DNA of 64,000 bases from an uncultured Nitrospiraceae bacterium (GCA_963846575.1 CAWJWJ010000002.1:2016001-2080000), one strand, 5' to 3'; positions 41,003 through 51,098 are shown, numbered from the stretch's first letter. The notes: generated by a model not told the origin, from the sequence alone. Numbers and translations: made by a program.

Positions 41003-43174
41003 GTGATACAATGCCCTCTCGAAACGAAACCCATGCTCAATCTCGAAACCGATCTCTCAATGAAGGGCGTGATGCAGCTGAGTCTTGAAAGAAAAACCGA
41101 GATTGTCATTGCACTCATGCTGTCACTCTTATTGGGAATTGGTTTTGTGGCCTACCGCAGTTCGACCGAATTCATCCACAGCTCGGATGAGGTTGTCCAT
41201 AGCCGCGAGACCCGGGGAAGCCTTCAGCGCGTGCTGTCCCTTTTGGAGGAACTCGAAACCGGACAACGGGGATATATCATCACCGGAGACCTGACGTTTC
41301 TGGCACCCTACAGCCGGGCCAGGGAGCAGATCGACAATCGGTTGGCACAGGTCAGGACGCTGACCACCAACTATCCCGACTTGCAAGCGCGCATCGATAG
41401 GCTCACGAAACTTGTGGAATCACGTGTCGCATTCGCCTCAGAGTCGATCGAGTTACGACGATCCCAGGGGTTTGCAGAGGCCAGAGACCTGCTGCTCTCC
41501 GGCAAGGGCAAACAAGAAATGGATGAGATCCGCACCCTGATCACGGACATGCGGGAATCGGAAGAGAATCGGATTCTGGAGTATTCCAACCGGACCACCG
41601 AACTCGCCCAATCCACGATCACCGTAGCTCAGGTGGGCAGCTCCCTGGCCATCGTGATTGTGCTCGGAATGGGGATCGCCTACCGATGGGGACTGAGCGC
41701 ACGCCGGCAGACGGAGCAAGCCTTACGACAAAGCCTCGCGAAGCAAACGTTGGTGATGCGGGCACTACCGATGGTGATCTATTCAGCCAAGGCTGACGAA
41801 GATTTCGGAGCACTCTGGGTCAGTGACAACAGTGAGCAGGTGAGCGGTTTCCCCGGTAGATTGTTGGTGAACGAGCCGGGTCTCTGGATCTCCCGCCTGC
41901 ATCCGGAAGACCGTGAGCGGGTCTATCATGAATTTGAGAGAATTTCCGATGTGGGGACATTAGATGTCGAGTACCGATGGCAGGTGGCCGATGGAACGTA
42001 TCGTTGGTTTTTAGACCGGGCGATGCTCCAGACGACCTCCGACGGATGGGAAAAGGAAATCCTCGGACTGCGGCTGGACATTACCGAACGAAAGGCCACC
42101 GATGAAAGGCTCAGAGAGGTGAACGATCGATTAACCGCTCTCGTGCATGCGTCACCGGTCGGCATCGTGATCCTGGATGCGGAGGGGCTCTGCCGCCTCT
42201 GGAATCCTGCCGCACAACAGATCTTCGGTTGGCGCGAGGATGAAGTCCTGGGTCAACCCCTTCCGACGGTGGCTCCGCAACAAGCGAGCGAGCATCGGTT
42301 TCTTCGGGAGCGCGTGATGGAAAATAAAGCCTTCACCGACCTGGAAGTCGTGCGTTACCGGAAGGATGGGACGCCGGTTTCCATCAGCCTCTCGACGGCC
42401 CCTTTGCGGGACCCCCGGGGTGCGGTCTGCGGGTTGATCGGTCTGATGGCCGACATCACGCAACGCAAACAGTCCGATCTTCAACTCAATCAATCCCGAG
42501 ATCAACTACGAGCGTTGATGACGCGCCTGCATTCAACACGGGAAGAGGAAGGCACGCGGATCGCCCGCGAGGTCCACGATGAGCTCGGACAAGCCATGAC
42601 CAGCCTTAAGCTTGATTTGTCCTGGGTGGCGAGACGGCTCTCCGTTCCAGAGACGGCCGATAGTCGAGCGCAGATGCTGGAGCGTATTCAGGGAACGATG
42701 CAGCAACTCGATGCGACGATCCAAGCCGTCCGCGCCATTGCGACGGCATTGCGGCCCAGTGTTCTGGATGAACTCGGTCTGACGGCGGCATTGGAATGGC
42801 AGACACGTGATTTTGAAAAGCGGACTGGGATACGATGTACCTGGTCATTGCCGTCGGTGCCGCTTCCGATCGGACCGGATCAAGCCACGGCGATCTTTCG
42901 TATCTATCAGGAGATTCTCACGAACGTGGCACGCCATGCTCAGGCTTCCCAGATTCGCATACATATGGCCGTCTCCGCGCGTTGGCTCACCCTGGAGGTC
43001 TGCGACAATGGACGAGGAATCCCCGAGGGTGCCGTCCTCAACAGCAGTTCCCTTGGATTACTTGGCATGCGGGAACGGGCCGCGCAATGGGGGGGCGACC
43101 TGTCAGTCCTTGGAGCCGAGGGCAAGGGAACCACCGTGAAGGTGCGTCTGCCACTTTCTGAAGGGGGCGCATGA
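41003..43174 (+). CDS. Sensor histidine kinase CHASE3-PAS-PAS-HisKA_3-HATPase (start may be a later ATG)
   Basis: ETGQRGYIITGD..FL.PY, GKQEMDEIR, two PAS domains, IAREVHDELGQ, LRPSVLDELGL, DNGRG. Confidence 0.94.
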   Translation: MIQCPLETKPMLNLETDLSMKGVMQLSLERKTEIVIALMLSLLLGIGFVAYRSSTEFIHSSDEVVHSRETRGSLQRVLSLLEELETGQRGYIITGDLTFLAPYSRAREQIDNRLAQVRTLTTNYPDLQARIDRLTKLVESRVAFASESIELRRSQGFAEARDLLLSGKGKQEMDEIRTLITDMRESEENRILEYSNRTTELAQSTITVAQVGSSLAIVIVLGMGIAYRWGLSARRQTEQALRQSLAKQTLVMRALPMVIYSAKADEDFGALWVSDNSEQVSGFPGRLLVNEPGLWISRLHPEDRERVYHEFERISDVGTLDVEYRWQVADGTYRWFLDRAMLQTTSDGWEKEILGLRLDITERKATDERLREVNDRLTALVHASPVGIVILDAEGLCRLWNPAAQQIFGWREDEVLGQPLPTVAPQQASEHRFLRERVMENKAFTDLEVVRYRKDGTPVSISLSTAPLRDPRGAVCGLIGLMADITQRKQSDLQLNQSRDQLRALMTRLHSTREEEGTRIAREVHDELGQAMTSLKLDLSWVARRLSVPETADSRAQMLERIQGTMQQLDATIQAVRAIATALRPSVLDELGLTAALEWQTRDFEKRTGIRCTWSLPSVPLPIGPDQATAIFRIYQEILTNVARHAQASQIRIHMAVSARWLTLEVCDNGRGIPEGAVLNSSSLGLLGMRERAAQWGGDLSVLGAEGKGTTVKVRLPLSEGGA

Positions 43175-43806
43175 TCCAGATTCTCATCGCTGACGATCAC
43201 CCGTTCGTGCGTCGTGGGGTCAAGCAGGTGTTGACCGATGAATTTACCGGGGTGGTGATCGGTGAAGCGTCCACTACCCCTGAACTTCTCGAGCAGGCTG
43301 GAAAACAACGGTGGGATCTGATCGTGCTGGACCTGACCATGCCGGGCAGGAGCGGACTGGATGCGTTGCATGAACTGCGTGCACTGTGTCCTGACACGCC
43401 GGTGCTCGTGCTGAGCATGCATCCCGAGGACCAATTTGCCATACGGGTCCTTCGCGCGGGAGCGGCCGGATATCTGACCAAAGAAAGCATACCCGAGGAG
43501 TTGGTGGAGGCGATCCGAAAAATCCTGGCAGGCGGCAAATATATTCGTTCCTCCGTCGCAGATCTACTCGCGATCCAACTCCAGCAGGGCGATGCGGATC
43601 AACCGCCCCACGCGAAATTGTCCGATCGTGAATTCCAAGTCCTTGCCCTGATTGCGCAAGGCAAAACCGTAACCAACATCGCGGAAGAACTCTGCTTGAG
43701 CGTAAAAAGCGTCAGTACCTATCGCGCGCGGATCGTCGACAAGCTTCATTTGAAATCAACCGCAGATCTTACCCGTTATGCGCTCGAACATCGCCTGATC
43801 GTATAA
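43171..43806 (+). CDS. NarL/FixJ-family response regulator (REC + LuxR HTH)
   Basis: IADDHPFVR, LDLTMPG, GYLTK, LSDREFQV, LSVKSVSTYR; 4-nt overlap with the kinase. Confidence 0.96.
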   Translation: MIQILIADDHPFVRRGVKQVLTDEFTGVVIGEASTTPELLEQAGKQRWDLIVLDLTMPGRSGLDALHELRALCPDTPVLVLSMHPEDQFAIRVLRAGAAGYLTKESIPEELVEAIRKILAGGKYIRSSVADLLAIQLQQGDADQPPHAKLSDREFQVLALIAQGKTVTNIAEELCLSVKSVSTYRARIVDKLHLKSTADLTRYALEHRLIV

Positions 43807-43858
43807 CCCCTCACGCCGGTCCTTTTCTATCCCTTATTTCCCTATTACTTACGCAGTC

Positions 43859-43878
43859 CTGTAGGGAAAGCCTTACAG
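43859..43878. promoter_or_regulatory. Palindromic putative response-regulator binding site
   Basis: CTGTAGGG-AAAG-CCTTACAG; related sites at 30201, 33746 and 34426. Confidence 0.55.
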
Positions 43879-43988
43879 CGGGCCTGCGCGGTGTCCCGCC
43901 CTGAAATTAGACCCTTTCCGATCTTCCTTCCCGGTTATCTCTTGTCTAATTATTAAAGACAACTTGAATAGACAACAAGGAGGCTTCA

Positions 43989-44747
43989 ATGGCGCCTCGC
44001 ATTTCAGATCCCACACAACACAAATTATATGGATATGGATTTCCGTCAGTCGCACTGTCTCTCTGCGCGGGACTCCTCTGCTTGACGAGTGCTCCTTTGG
44101 CGCTGGCTTCCCCGGTGGACTGCCTGACGGTCCTCCCGCTTGGCGGCAACCAGGCGGAGGCGGCCGGAGTGCCCTCGTTACTTACACCATCCTTCTCGCT
44201 GACGCACCAGCGCGACATCTTCGGCTTCGGCGAATTCGCGCTGACGCCAAGCCTTCAGTCCAAGCTGCTTTCCAAGAGCGCTCAATTTTCCAGACTCGAC
44301 AACCCGGAGAGGACACCTCCACGGGTGGAGGGCTGCGGATCTCAGGCACCGCGCACGAAGACCCCTGTCAATCGGGCTGTCATAAGAGGGACCGGTAAAG
44401 ACCTCCCGAAGTATTCCATGCAGCTCCTGAGCCTGCGATCGCTGCCCCATCATGGAAGGCGCCTGGTGTTGAAGACCAGAACGACGCTTCCAGGCCTCCC
44501 CTTTATCTCGCGCGAAAGAACCGTTGGCGTCATCGGGCCGATTCAGGAGCCGCCCGGGGAACAGCCCAAGATTCTGAATCTGACGCAAGGCCCGGCTCTC
44601 AGCGTCCCTTTAGAGACCCAGCCGGTCTTCGCCATGGATCCGCTCAGGAACACCGGACGGTTACCGGTCAGCGAGTCGTTTCGCATGGACATGACGACGA
44701 CACAGGCCCTGCACGGCGGTAACTGCGCCAATGGGTGCCCTTACTGA
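43989..44747 (+). CDS. Hypothetical exported protein
   Basis: AAGGAGG RBS; signal peptide-like VALSLCAGLLCLTSAPLALA; no family recognised. Confidence 0.5.
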   Translation: MAPRISDPTQHKLYGYGFPSVALSLCAGLLCLTSAPLALASPVDCLTVLPLGGNQAEAAGVPSLLTPSFSLTHQRDIFGFGEFALTPSLQSKLLSKSAQFSRLDNPERTPPRVEGCGSQAPRTKTPVNRAVIRGTGKDLPKYSMQLLSLRSLPHHGRRLVLKTRTTLPGLPFISRERTVGVIGPIQEPPGEQPKILNLTQGPALSVPLETQPVFAMDPLRNTGRLPVSESFRMDMTTTQALHGGNCANGCPY

Positions 44748-44979
44748 TTCCTCATTTTTCCGGGAGGTCTCTTATGACGTGACGATGCGCCTGATTAGTT
44801 TCCCTTCCTTGCCGTGGCACGCAACTCGTGCCATTCAGCCTCGTGACATTCGTCCCGTTGTCGGCCCCCTTCGCTTCTCGTAGTCTGTCGACGACAGAAG
44901 CAGAACCAAGGAAGCAGCGAATCATCTGCAGGCCGCCGAACAATTGCTGGCTGCCCATCCAGAAGGGAGGGAGGAAGGT

Positions 44980-45828
44980 TCACTGCGGAGGATGGAATTG
45001 ACGCACGGCCTTCACCAAGTCTTCCGGCGTCCCGATGTCGATGTAGGTATCGTGGAGAAAGGTCACGGTTTGGATCGCCACATGTTCTTTCAGCGCCGCT
45101 CGAAACACGACACCCATGGCAAGATCCCCGCCTAGATCATTGGCCGGGCTCGCGAGCTCGCCTAGATTGCGACGCGTGTCATCGGCTCGAAGAAAACGGT
45201 GCAGGAACTCTGAGAAAGCAGGGGTCCAGACGGCGCAACACCAACCGTATGTGAGAGTCGTCGCAGCCGGTTTCATGACGATGCCCCTGACGCGGCCGTC
45301 AGCCTCGCAGTCGACCATATCCCAGGCAGAAGGGTTGTAGACCGGATGAAGGCCCAGCACCACGTCGGCCCCGGTCGTTTCCTGCCTGTCGATCATGTGT
45401 CGATAGGCATCATCTGGTCCGAAGAGGATGTCGGGAAAGCCAAAGGCCACCCGCTTATCGGCCAGGAATGCATTGGCGCGATCGATGGTGTCGGGAGGTC
45501 CCAAGGAGCCCGGAATGACGACGTAGGCAAGGGACAGATCCAGAAAACCACCGTCACGGAAATAATTCGGGATGTCCCACTTGCCGTCCCGGATCACCAG
45601 ATAGGCTTTTGTGATCCCCGCCATCCTGAACTTTTCCAGGAGATACTGCGCCGCCACCTTGGGGCGCGGTATCCCGGTATGCTTATCCCGCGCAAAGCCA
45701 ACTGGAAACACCTCTTTGCTGCAAGGGAAGGGTTGCAGGCGTTTGGCGGATCCCGCAGCCGGCACCAGGCCCACCACTTCGGGCCAGCCGGGCGAAGATG
45801 GGTCGCGCTGTTTTTTGAGGGACGTCAT
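44980..45828 (-). CDS. Sugar-phosphate nucleotidyltransferase (RmlA/dTDP-glucose pyrophosphorylase-like)
   Basis: GLVPAAGSAKRL.P.PCSKE, FGFPDI, DIGTPEDL. Confidence 0.85.
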   Translation of the reverse strand: MTSLKKQRDPSSPGWPEVVGLVPAAGSAKRLQPFPCSKEVFPVGFARDKHTGIPRPKVAAQYLLEKFRMAGITKAYLVIRDGKWDIPNYFRDGGFLDLSLAYVVIPGSLGPPDTIDRANAFLADKRVAFGFPDILFGPDDAYRHMIDRQETTGADVVLGLHPVYNPSAWDMVDCEADGRVRGIVMKPAATTLTYGWCCAVWTPAFSEFLHRFLRADDTRRNLGELASPANDLGGDLAMGVVFRAALKEHVAIQTVTFLHDTYIDIGTPEDLVKAVRQFHPPQ

Positions 45829-47054
45829 CGCGATCCTGCCTTGGTGCCGCTCAGTGAGCCGCCTGTGATCTCCCGATAGTAGGTATCGAGCACCGCAACA
45901 CGAGCCGGTTCGATGAGTACCAGCTGACGCTGGTCGAAGGTATTGGCGCAATAGAGATATTCAAACCACGCTGCACGTCCCCGTTCGACGTGTAGCTGCC
46001 GACCGTCCGTCTCTTCACGGGTGATCTGCTCCGCCACATGTTTATCGGGAAGAGCCATCCAGGCCTGCTGCGCCGAGCTGTCATGGTTTTCGTACAACGG
46101 ATGATCGTCCTGCCCGTGAATGGAGCCGAGCCCCTCCACGTCGAGCATCGGCCCGGCGTCCGGTTCGGGTGATTCATCCCATGCCAACGTCCCCGGCCAG
46201 TCCCCGACACCCAAGACATACAACGGGCCGTCGTCGGTGACTTCCTCCACCGAACGATACCGTAGCGGCTCGGGCAGCGACAGCAACTGGAACCCCCGGG
46301 CGGCCAGCGCCCGCTGAAACGGCACGCGCCTGGAAAGTTGACGGGTCTTTTCGAACAGGACCATGCGACCCGGAATCGTCAGGCAGGAGCGCAGCCGATC
46401 AAGCCTGAGGCCGAGACCGGTTCGTTGCTCGAACTGTTGCTGCTGCTGAACGTTGGATGCGCGTTCGAACGTGCTCCAGGCGCGGCTCGGGACACCAGGG
46501 TCCTGCTCGGCCTGCAGCAATGCATGGGTGGCGACGACGAGAGCAAATTCGTTGGGCAGCGCCTGCTGATCCAGGTCCAGGCATTCGAATCGAACATTCG
46601 TCACTCCCAACTCTTGCGCCCGTTGTCGTGCGAGCTCGATCGAGGCCGGAGAGCGATCAATACCGACCACCCGACAGTCCGGGCATTGACGGGCATAAAA
46701 CGTCGTCAGGATTCCGATGCCGCAGCCGACATCGAGCACGGAGGGCGCGCCGGCAAGGGAACGCGCGACGAGGGAGCCGACCTCGAGGTAATATTCGTAA
46801 CGCTGGCTGTAGAGAGCTGGCACCGACGCGGGGCGCGCAGTCAGATCGTAAAAAGCGATCTCAGCAGCAGGTCCGTCGATCGCCTGCCGCTTGGCTTCGA
46901 TATGCCGGTGCAGCGTGGCGAGCTCTTCCAAAGTGAAGACTTCACGCTGCCAGGCAAAGTAGGCGGCATCCGTCTCGACGTGCCGAAGCCCCCACCAGGC
47001 GAGATGAGCGGTGAGCGCCTGTCTCGTCCTCTCGTCGCTCATCATTCGGGTCAT
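45825..47054 (-). CDS. Class I SAM-dependent methyltransferase with uncharacterised C-terminal domain
   Basis: VLDVGCGIG, VVGIDRS. Confidence 0.85.
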   Translation of the reverse strand: MTRMMSDERTRQALTAHLAWWGLRHVETDAAYFAWQREVFTLEELATLHRHIEAKRQAIDGPAAEIAFYDLTARPASVPALYSQRYEYYLEVGSLVARSLAGAPSVLDVGCGIGILTTFYARQCPDCRVVGIDRSPASIELARQRAQELGVTNVRFECLDLDQQALPNEFALVVATHALLQAEQDPGVPSRAWSTFERASNVQQQQQFEQRTGLGLRLDRLRSCLTIPGRMVLFEKTRQLSRRVPFQRALAARGFQLLSLPEPLRYRSVEEVTDDGPLYVLGVGDWPGTLAWDESPEPDAGPMLDVEGLGSIHGQDDHPLYENHDSSAQQAWMALPDKHVAEQITREETDGRQLHVERGRAAWFEYLYCANTFDQRQLVLIEPARVAVLDTYYREITGGSLSGTKAGSR

Positions 47055-47078
47055 GACGCGCGTCCCGGTTACGGACCG

Positions 47079-48443
47079 TCAAGGACGCTTCAACATAATG
47101 GCGTCTTCGTAGGCCAACGGCACCGGGTGCGGATGGCGCAGCTGCCCGCTCCCGAAGACGACGTATTTTTCGCAGGTGAGTTGTTCGAGGCCGATCGGCC
47201 CGCGCGCATGTTGACGAGTCGAACTTAACCCCACATCGGCGCCGAAACCCAGGCTGTCGCCGGCGTTCAGCCGGGACGAAGCGTTGACGAGGACGGTTCC
47301 GGCGTCCACCTCCCTCGTGAAACGCATGGCCGAATCATATGATTTTGTGACGATGACGCAGGTATGGCTAGGACCGTGTTTCGCGATATGATCCAGGGCT
47401 TCCTGGAAGCTGGGCACCATTTTAATGGCCATACTCGGGCCCTGGAATTGCCTGTTCCAGTCGGCGTCTTGGGCGGGTTTGACCGCCTTATGGCCGGTCA
47501 TCAACATCTGCCCCATCAAGGCGACGGTCTTCGGACAGCCGTACACATCGATCTTGAATTCATCCAGGAGCCGCAGAATCAGGGCCGACAAGAGCGGTCT
47601 CGCAATGCCTTGGTGCACGAGCAGGGTATCCAACGCATTGGCGGCGGCCGGCAGCTGCACTTTTGAATTGACCACCACGTTTTGAGCCAACGGGATCTCG
47701 ACGTCGTCATCGATATACACATGGGTGATGCCGCCGTCATGGCATAGGATCGGCATTTTGGCCTGTTCCTGAACCACCTTCCGAAGCCCGGCGCCACCGC
47801 GGGGAATGATCGCGTCCAAGGCCTTGCCGGACTTGATCAACTCCAGCGCCGCCTCCTTCTCCGGACGGTCGATGATCGTGTAGGCGCCGGATGGGAAGCC
47901 TGCCTCTGTTGTCGCGCGAGTCAAACAGTCGGCAATCGCTTGCTGTGTGAGGGTCCAGTCCGGTGAGCCCCGAAACACGCACACATTGCCTGATTTTATG
48001 CAGAGTGCCAGTGCGTCGATGGTCTCCAGCGGGGCCAATTCGGACACAATGCCGATGACGCCGATCGGGACCCGAACCCGGCTGACTTGAAGCCCATTGG
48101 GTTCGTCGTGGCGGGCCATGACTTCACCCAGAGGATCAGGAAGATCGGCAATGTGGTGCAGTCGATCTACCAAGGCCTTCACATCATCGGCCGTCATGCG
48201 GACTCGCGCGACTGCATCCCGCACCCGCTCCCGGTTTTCATACCCGGTCATCGATTTTCCCACCGCATCCACATCCTTCTCATTCGCAGAGAGGATGGCC
48301 TCTTCGGCTTCTGCGAGATTCGTGGCCATCGAGCGTAAGGCCTTATCCCGCACCGGACCTGGCACCAGAGAGAATGGACGCACGGCTTCACGAGCCAATT
48401 TCAACAGCTTATCGAGATAAAGCTTGACTGGAACTTCAACCAT
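47079..48443 (-). CDS. Gamma-glutamyl phosphate reductase (ProA) homolog, divergent, catalytic Cys absent
   Basis: LPDPLG, RVPIGVIG, KSGN, IPRGG, VNASSR, HARGPIGL; PAAANALDT in place of PGVCNALET. Confidence 0.85.
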   Translation of the reverse strand: MVEVPVKLYLDKLLKLAREAVRPFSLVPGPVRDKALRSMATNLAEAEEAILSANEKDVDAVGKSMTGYENRERVRDAVARVRMTADDVKALVDRLHHIADLPDPLGEVMARHDEPNGLQVSRVRVPIGVIGIVSELAPLETIDALALCIKSGNVCVFRGSPDWTLTQQAIADCLTRATTEAGFPSGAYTIIDRPEKEAALELIKSGKALDAIIPRGGAGLRKVVQEQAKMPILCHDGGITHVYIDDDVEIPLAQNVVVNSKVQLPAAANALDTLLVHQGIARPLLSALILRLLDEFKIDVYGCPKTVALMGQMLMTGHKAVKPAQDADWNRQFQGPSMAIKMVPSFQEALDHIAKHGPSHTCVIVTKSYDSAMRFTREVDAGTVLVNASSRLNAGDSLGFGADVGLSSTRQHARGPIGLEQLTCEKYVVFGSGQLRHPHPVPLAYEDAIMLKRP

Positions 48444-48540
48444 GTTGTGCCTGTGTGTTGATCCGGTGAATAGAGAACATCCGTGATGCCGGCGACCTCC
48501 GGGTACTCGGAGGCGATCCGCCAATCACTGCCGCGCCGGA

Positions 48541-49887
48541 CTATACCACGCGATTTTTTGGTGAGTCAAAGACAGACACCCTTGCTTCCGCGCGATGATC
48601 CGGCTGGGCCGGCGACTCGCGCGAGCGCACCTGCGTTCGGTGCTGAGAGGCGAGCCAGTGGCTGAGCCAGGCCCAGAGCAACATCAGCGGAACGAGCGCC
48701 CAGGCCATGGACGTGACCGTGACACCGAACGCCTTGATGCCCGAGACCAACCATCCGGTCCCCGCATCTCCTCCGCGCGAGACGGCCGTGTCGATAAAGT
48801 TCTTGGCCTTATATTTTTCTTCGCGACTGACGACCGTGAAGAGCACTTCGCGCGCCGGTTTGGACAGCGCGTACTCCCCGACCCGTCGGAGGACTGAAAA
48901 GCTGACGTATAGCAGAAGACCCGGCCAGAGCGCGATGCCCAGAAAACCGCCCACACTGACGACCGGCAGAAAAAGCAGCGCCGCCACCAGCCCAAACCGA
49001 CCGACCAGACGGTTCGTGATCAGAATCTGGGTCACCCACGTGAGCACGTTGGTGGCAAAGTCCAACGTGGAGAAGAGTCGCGTCCTGGCCTCTGGCGTGG
49101 AGAAGTGCTCAGCCACCAGCCGTACCTGTTCGAGGTAGAGGAAGGTCGCGCTCATGGTCAGGAACACCAGGTATCCGCAGATGCCGAGCAGATAGGGAGA
49201 CGCAAACACCAATCGAACACCAGCCAGCACACCTCCGCCCAGCGCCTCCCCGGTATTCGCGCGATGGGATCGAGACCGCAGTCGGCTCCAATGTTCCAGC
49301 TTGTAGATACATCCGGTACAGGCCACTAGAAACAGGGCCGACACCAACATGAGGACCGGCACGGGGAACAGGTAGGTCAGTCCGGTTGTCAGCATGGGAC
49401 CGAACAGCGCGCCGGTGCTCCCCCCGGCCGCAATCACGCCGAAGAGGCGTGCGCCCTGCTGCGGGGTAAAGAGGTCGGCCATGAAACTCCAGAAAATCGA
49501 GACCACGAACAGGTTGAAGACCGAGAGCCATACGAAAAATCCGCGCGCGACCCACTCGATAGACTGCCGGGATGTCATCAGGAAATACAGCGCCACCAGG
49601 TTGAGAATAAAGAATCCGTAGATGGCGATCAGTAGACGGTAGCGTGAATAGCGGGCCGACAACCAGCCGAACAGCGGCGTCACCGCCAGCAAGGTCACGA
49701 ATGTGCCGGTCATCATCCAGGGCAGATTGTGGACCCCGCCTTGAATGGCCATTTCGTCGCGCACTGGGCGGAGAATATAGTAGCCGCAGAGGAGACAGAA
49801 AAAATAAGCGAACGACCAGGCCAAGGGCCGCAGTTCCTGCGGCTCGGCCTGCACAAATCGGGCGACTGAACGACGAAAACGTTCCAT
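48541..49887 (-). CDS. NTP/NDP translocase-like (TLC/Npt family) MFS transporter
   Basis: YYILRPVRD, FNLFVVSIFWSFMAD, RLFG.IAAG, KPAREVLF, KYKAKNFIDT..RGGD. Confidence 0.88.
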   Translation of the reverse strand: MERFRRSVARFVQAEPQELRPLAWSFAYFFCLLCGYYILRPVRDEMAIQGGVHNLPWMMTGTFVTLLAVTPLFGWLSARYSRYRLLIAIYGFFILNLVALYFLMTSRQSIEWVARGFFVWLSVFNLFVVSIFWSFMADLFTPQQGARLFGVIAAGGSTGALFGPMLTTGLTYLFPVPVLMLVSALFLVACTGCIYKLEHWSRLRSRSHRANTGEALGGGVLAGVRLVFASPYLLGICGYLVFLTMSATFLYLEQVRLVAEHFSTPEARTRLFSTLDFATNVLTWVTQILITNRLVGRFGLVAALLFLPVVSVGGFLGIALWPGLLLYVSFSVLRRVGEYALSKPAREVLFTVVSREEKYKAKNFIDTAVSRGGDAGTGWLVSGIKAFGVTVTSMAWALVPLMLLWAWLSHWLASQHRTQVRSRESPAQPDHRAEARVSVFDSPKNRVV

Positions 49888-49999
49888 GCGACTCCACGTG
49901 GGACAGGAGTGTAACACTGGCGGGATAAAATTTTGCTACAATGCCGCTCAAGTCGGATTCCCACTGCGAGAACACCGCGTGCAGACGACAGCGCCACCC

Positions 50000-51070
50000 A
50001 TGATCGACCTCCGCAGCGATACCGTCACCAAGCCGTCCCCTGCCATGCGCGACGCGATGGCGCGCGCGGAGGTGGGCGACGATGTATACGGGGAGGATCC
50101 GACGGTCAACCGTCTGCAGGAACGCGGCGCGGCGTTGGTCGGCAAGCGAGCCGCGCTCTTCGTGCCGTCCGGTACCCTCGGAAACCAACTCTGCCTCCGC
50201 GCGCAGGCCGAACCCGGACGTGAAGTGATCGTTGAGCGTCACTCGCATATCGTGCGTTACGAACAGGGCGCAGCAGGGGCCCTCGCCGGCGTGCAATTAC
50301 ATTGGGTGCAAGGAACGCAGGGGCTCATGACGCCGGAGCAGGTGGAGGCCGCAATACGTCCCACGGATGCACACACCATTCAGACCGCTCTGCTCTGCAT
50401 CGAAAACACCCACAATGCCGGAGGCGGGACCATCTACCCCCTGTCGACCATTCACGCGATTCGCGCCCTGGCGGCCGGCCATGGTGTCCCGATGCATCTC
50501 GATGGAGCCCGCCTATTCAATGCCGTCGTGGCCTCGGGTGTTCCGGCCGCGGAGTACGCCCGGCACTTCGAAACGGTGACCTTCTGTCTTTCGAAGGGGC
50601 TTGGCGCGCCGGCCGGCTCCCTGATCGCCACGGACGACCTCTTACTAGCGGACCGCCTCCGACGGTACCGCCGGATGTATGGGGGCGCCATGCGCCAGGC
50701 CGGTATCCTGGCAGCTGCAGGACTGTACGCACTTGATCATAATATTGGCCGCCTGGCGGACGATCACGCGAATGCTCGGCGTCTCGCGGAGCGACTCGCC
50801 CAGCTTCCCGATGTGTCGATCAACCCCGAGGCGGTTGCCACGAACATTCTGTTCTTCGACGTGCACTCCGCGCGCTTCTCGGTGCGGGAGTTCATCGAGG
50901 CGCTCAAGCAACAAGGCGTGCTGCTCAACACCGTTGGCGGCAACACCTGCAGGGCCGTGACACATCTGGACATATCCGCCGACGCCATCGAGCGCGCGGC
51001 TGATCTTGTGGCACAGGTCCTCGGCCGGGAGCGCAGCTCTCGCATTGACAGCCCGAGAGCCCCCTCCTAA
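50000..51070 (+). CDS. ltaE: Low-specificity L-threonine aldolase
   Basis: IDLRSDTVT, VGDDVYGEDPTV, ENTHN, HLDGARLFNA, CLSKGLGAP.GS. Confidence 0.95.
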   Translation: MIDLRSDTVTKPSPAMRDAMARAEVGDDVYGEDPTVNRLQERGAALVGKRAALFVPSGTLGNQLCLRAQAEPGREVIVERHSHIVRYEQGAAGALAGVQLHWVQGTQGLMTPEQVEAAIRPTDAHTIQTALLCIENTHNAGGGTIYPLSTIHAIRALAAGHGVPMHLDGARLFNAVVASGVPAAEYARHFETVTFCLSKGLGAPAGSLIATDDLLLADRLRRYRRMYGGAMRQAGILAAAGLYALDHNIGRLADDHANARRLAERLAQLPDVSINPEAVATNILFFDVHSARFSVREFIEALKQQGVLLNTVGGNTCRAVTHLDISADAIERAADLVAQVLGRERSSRIDSPRAPS

Positions 51071-51098
51071 AATGCCATCAACCCGGTAGGACTGAGAG

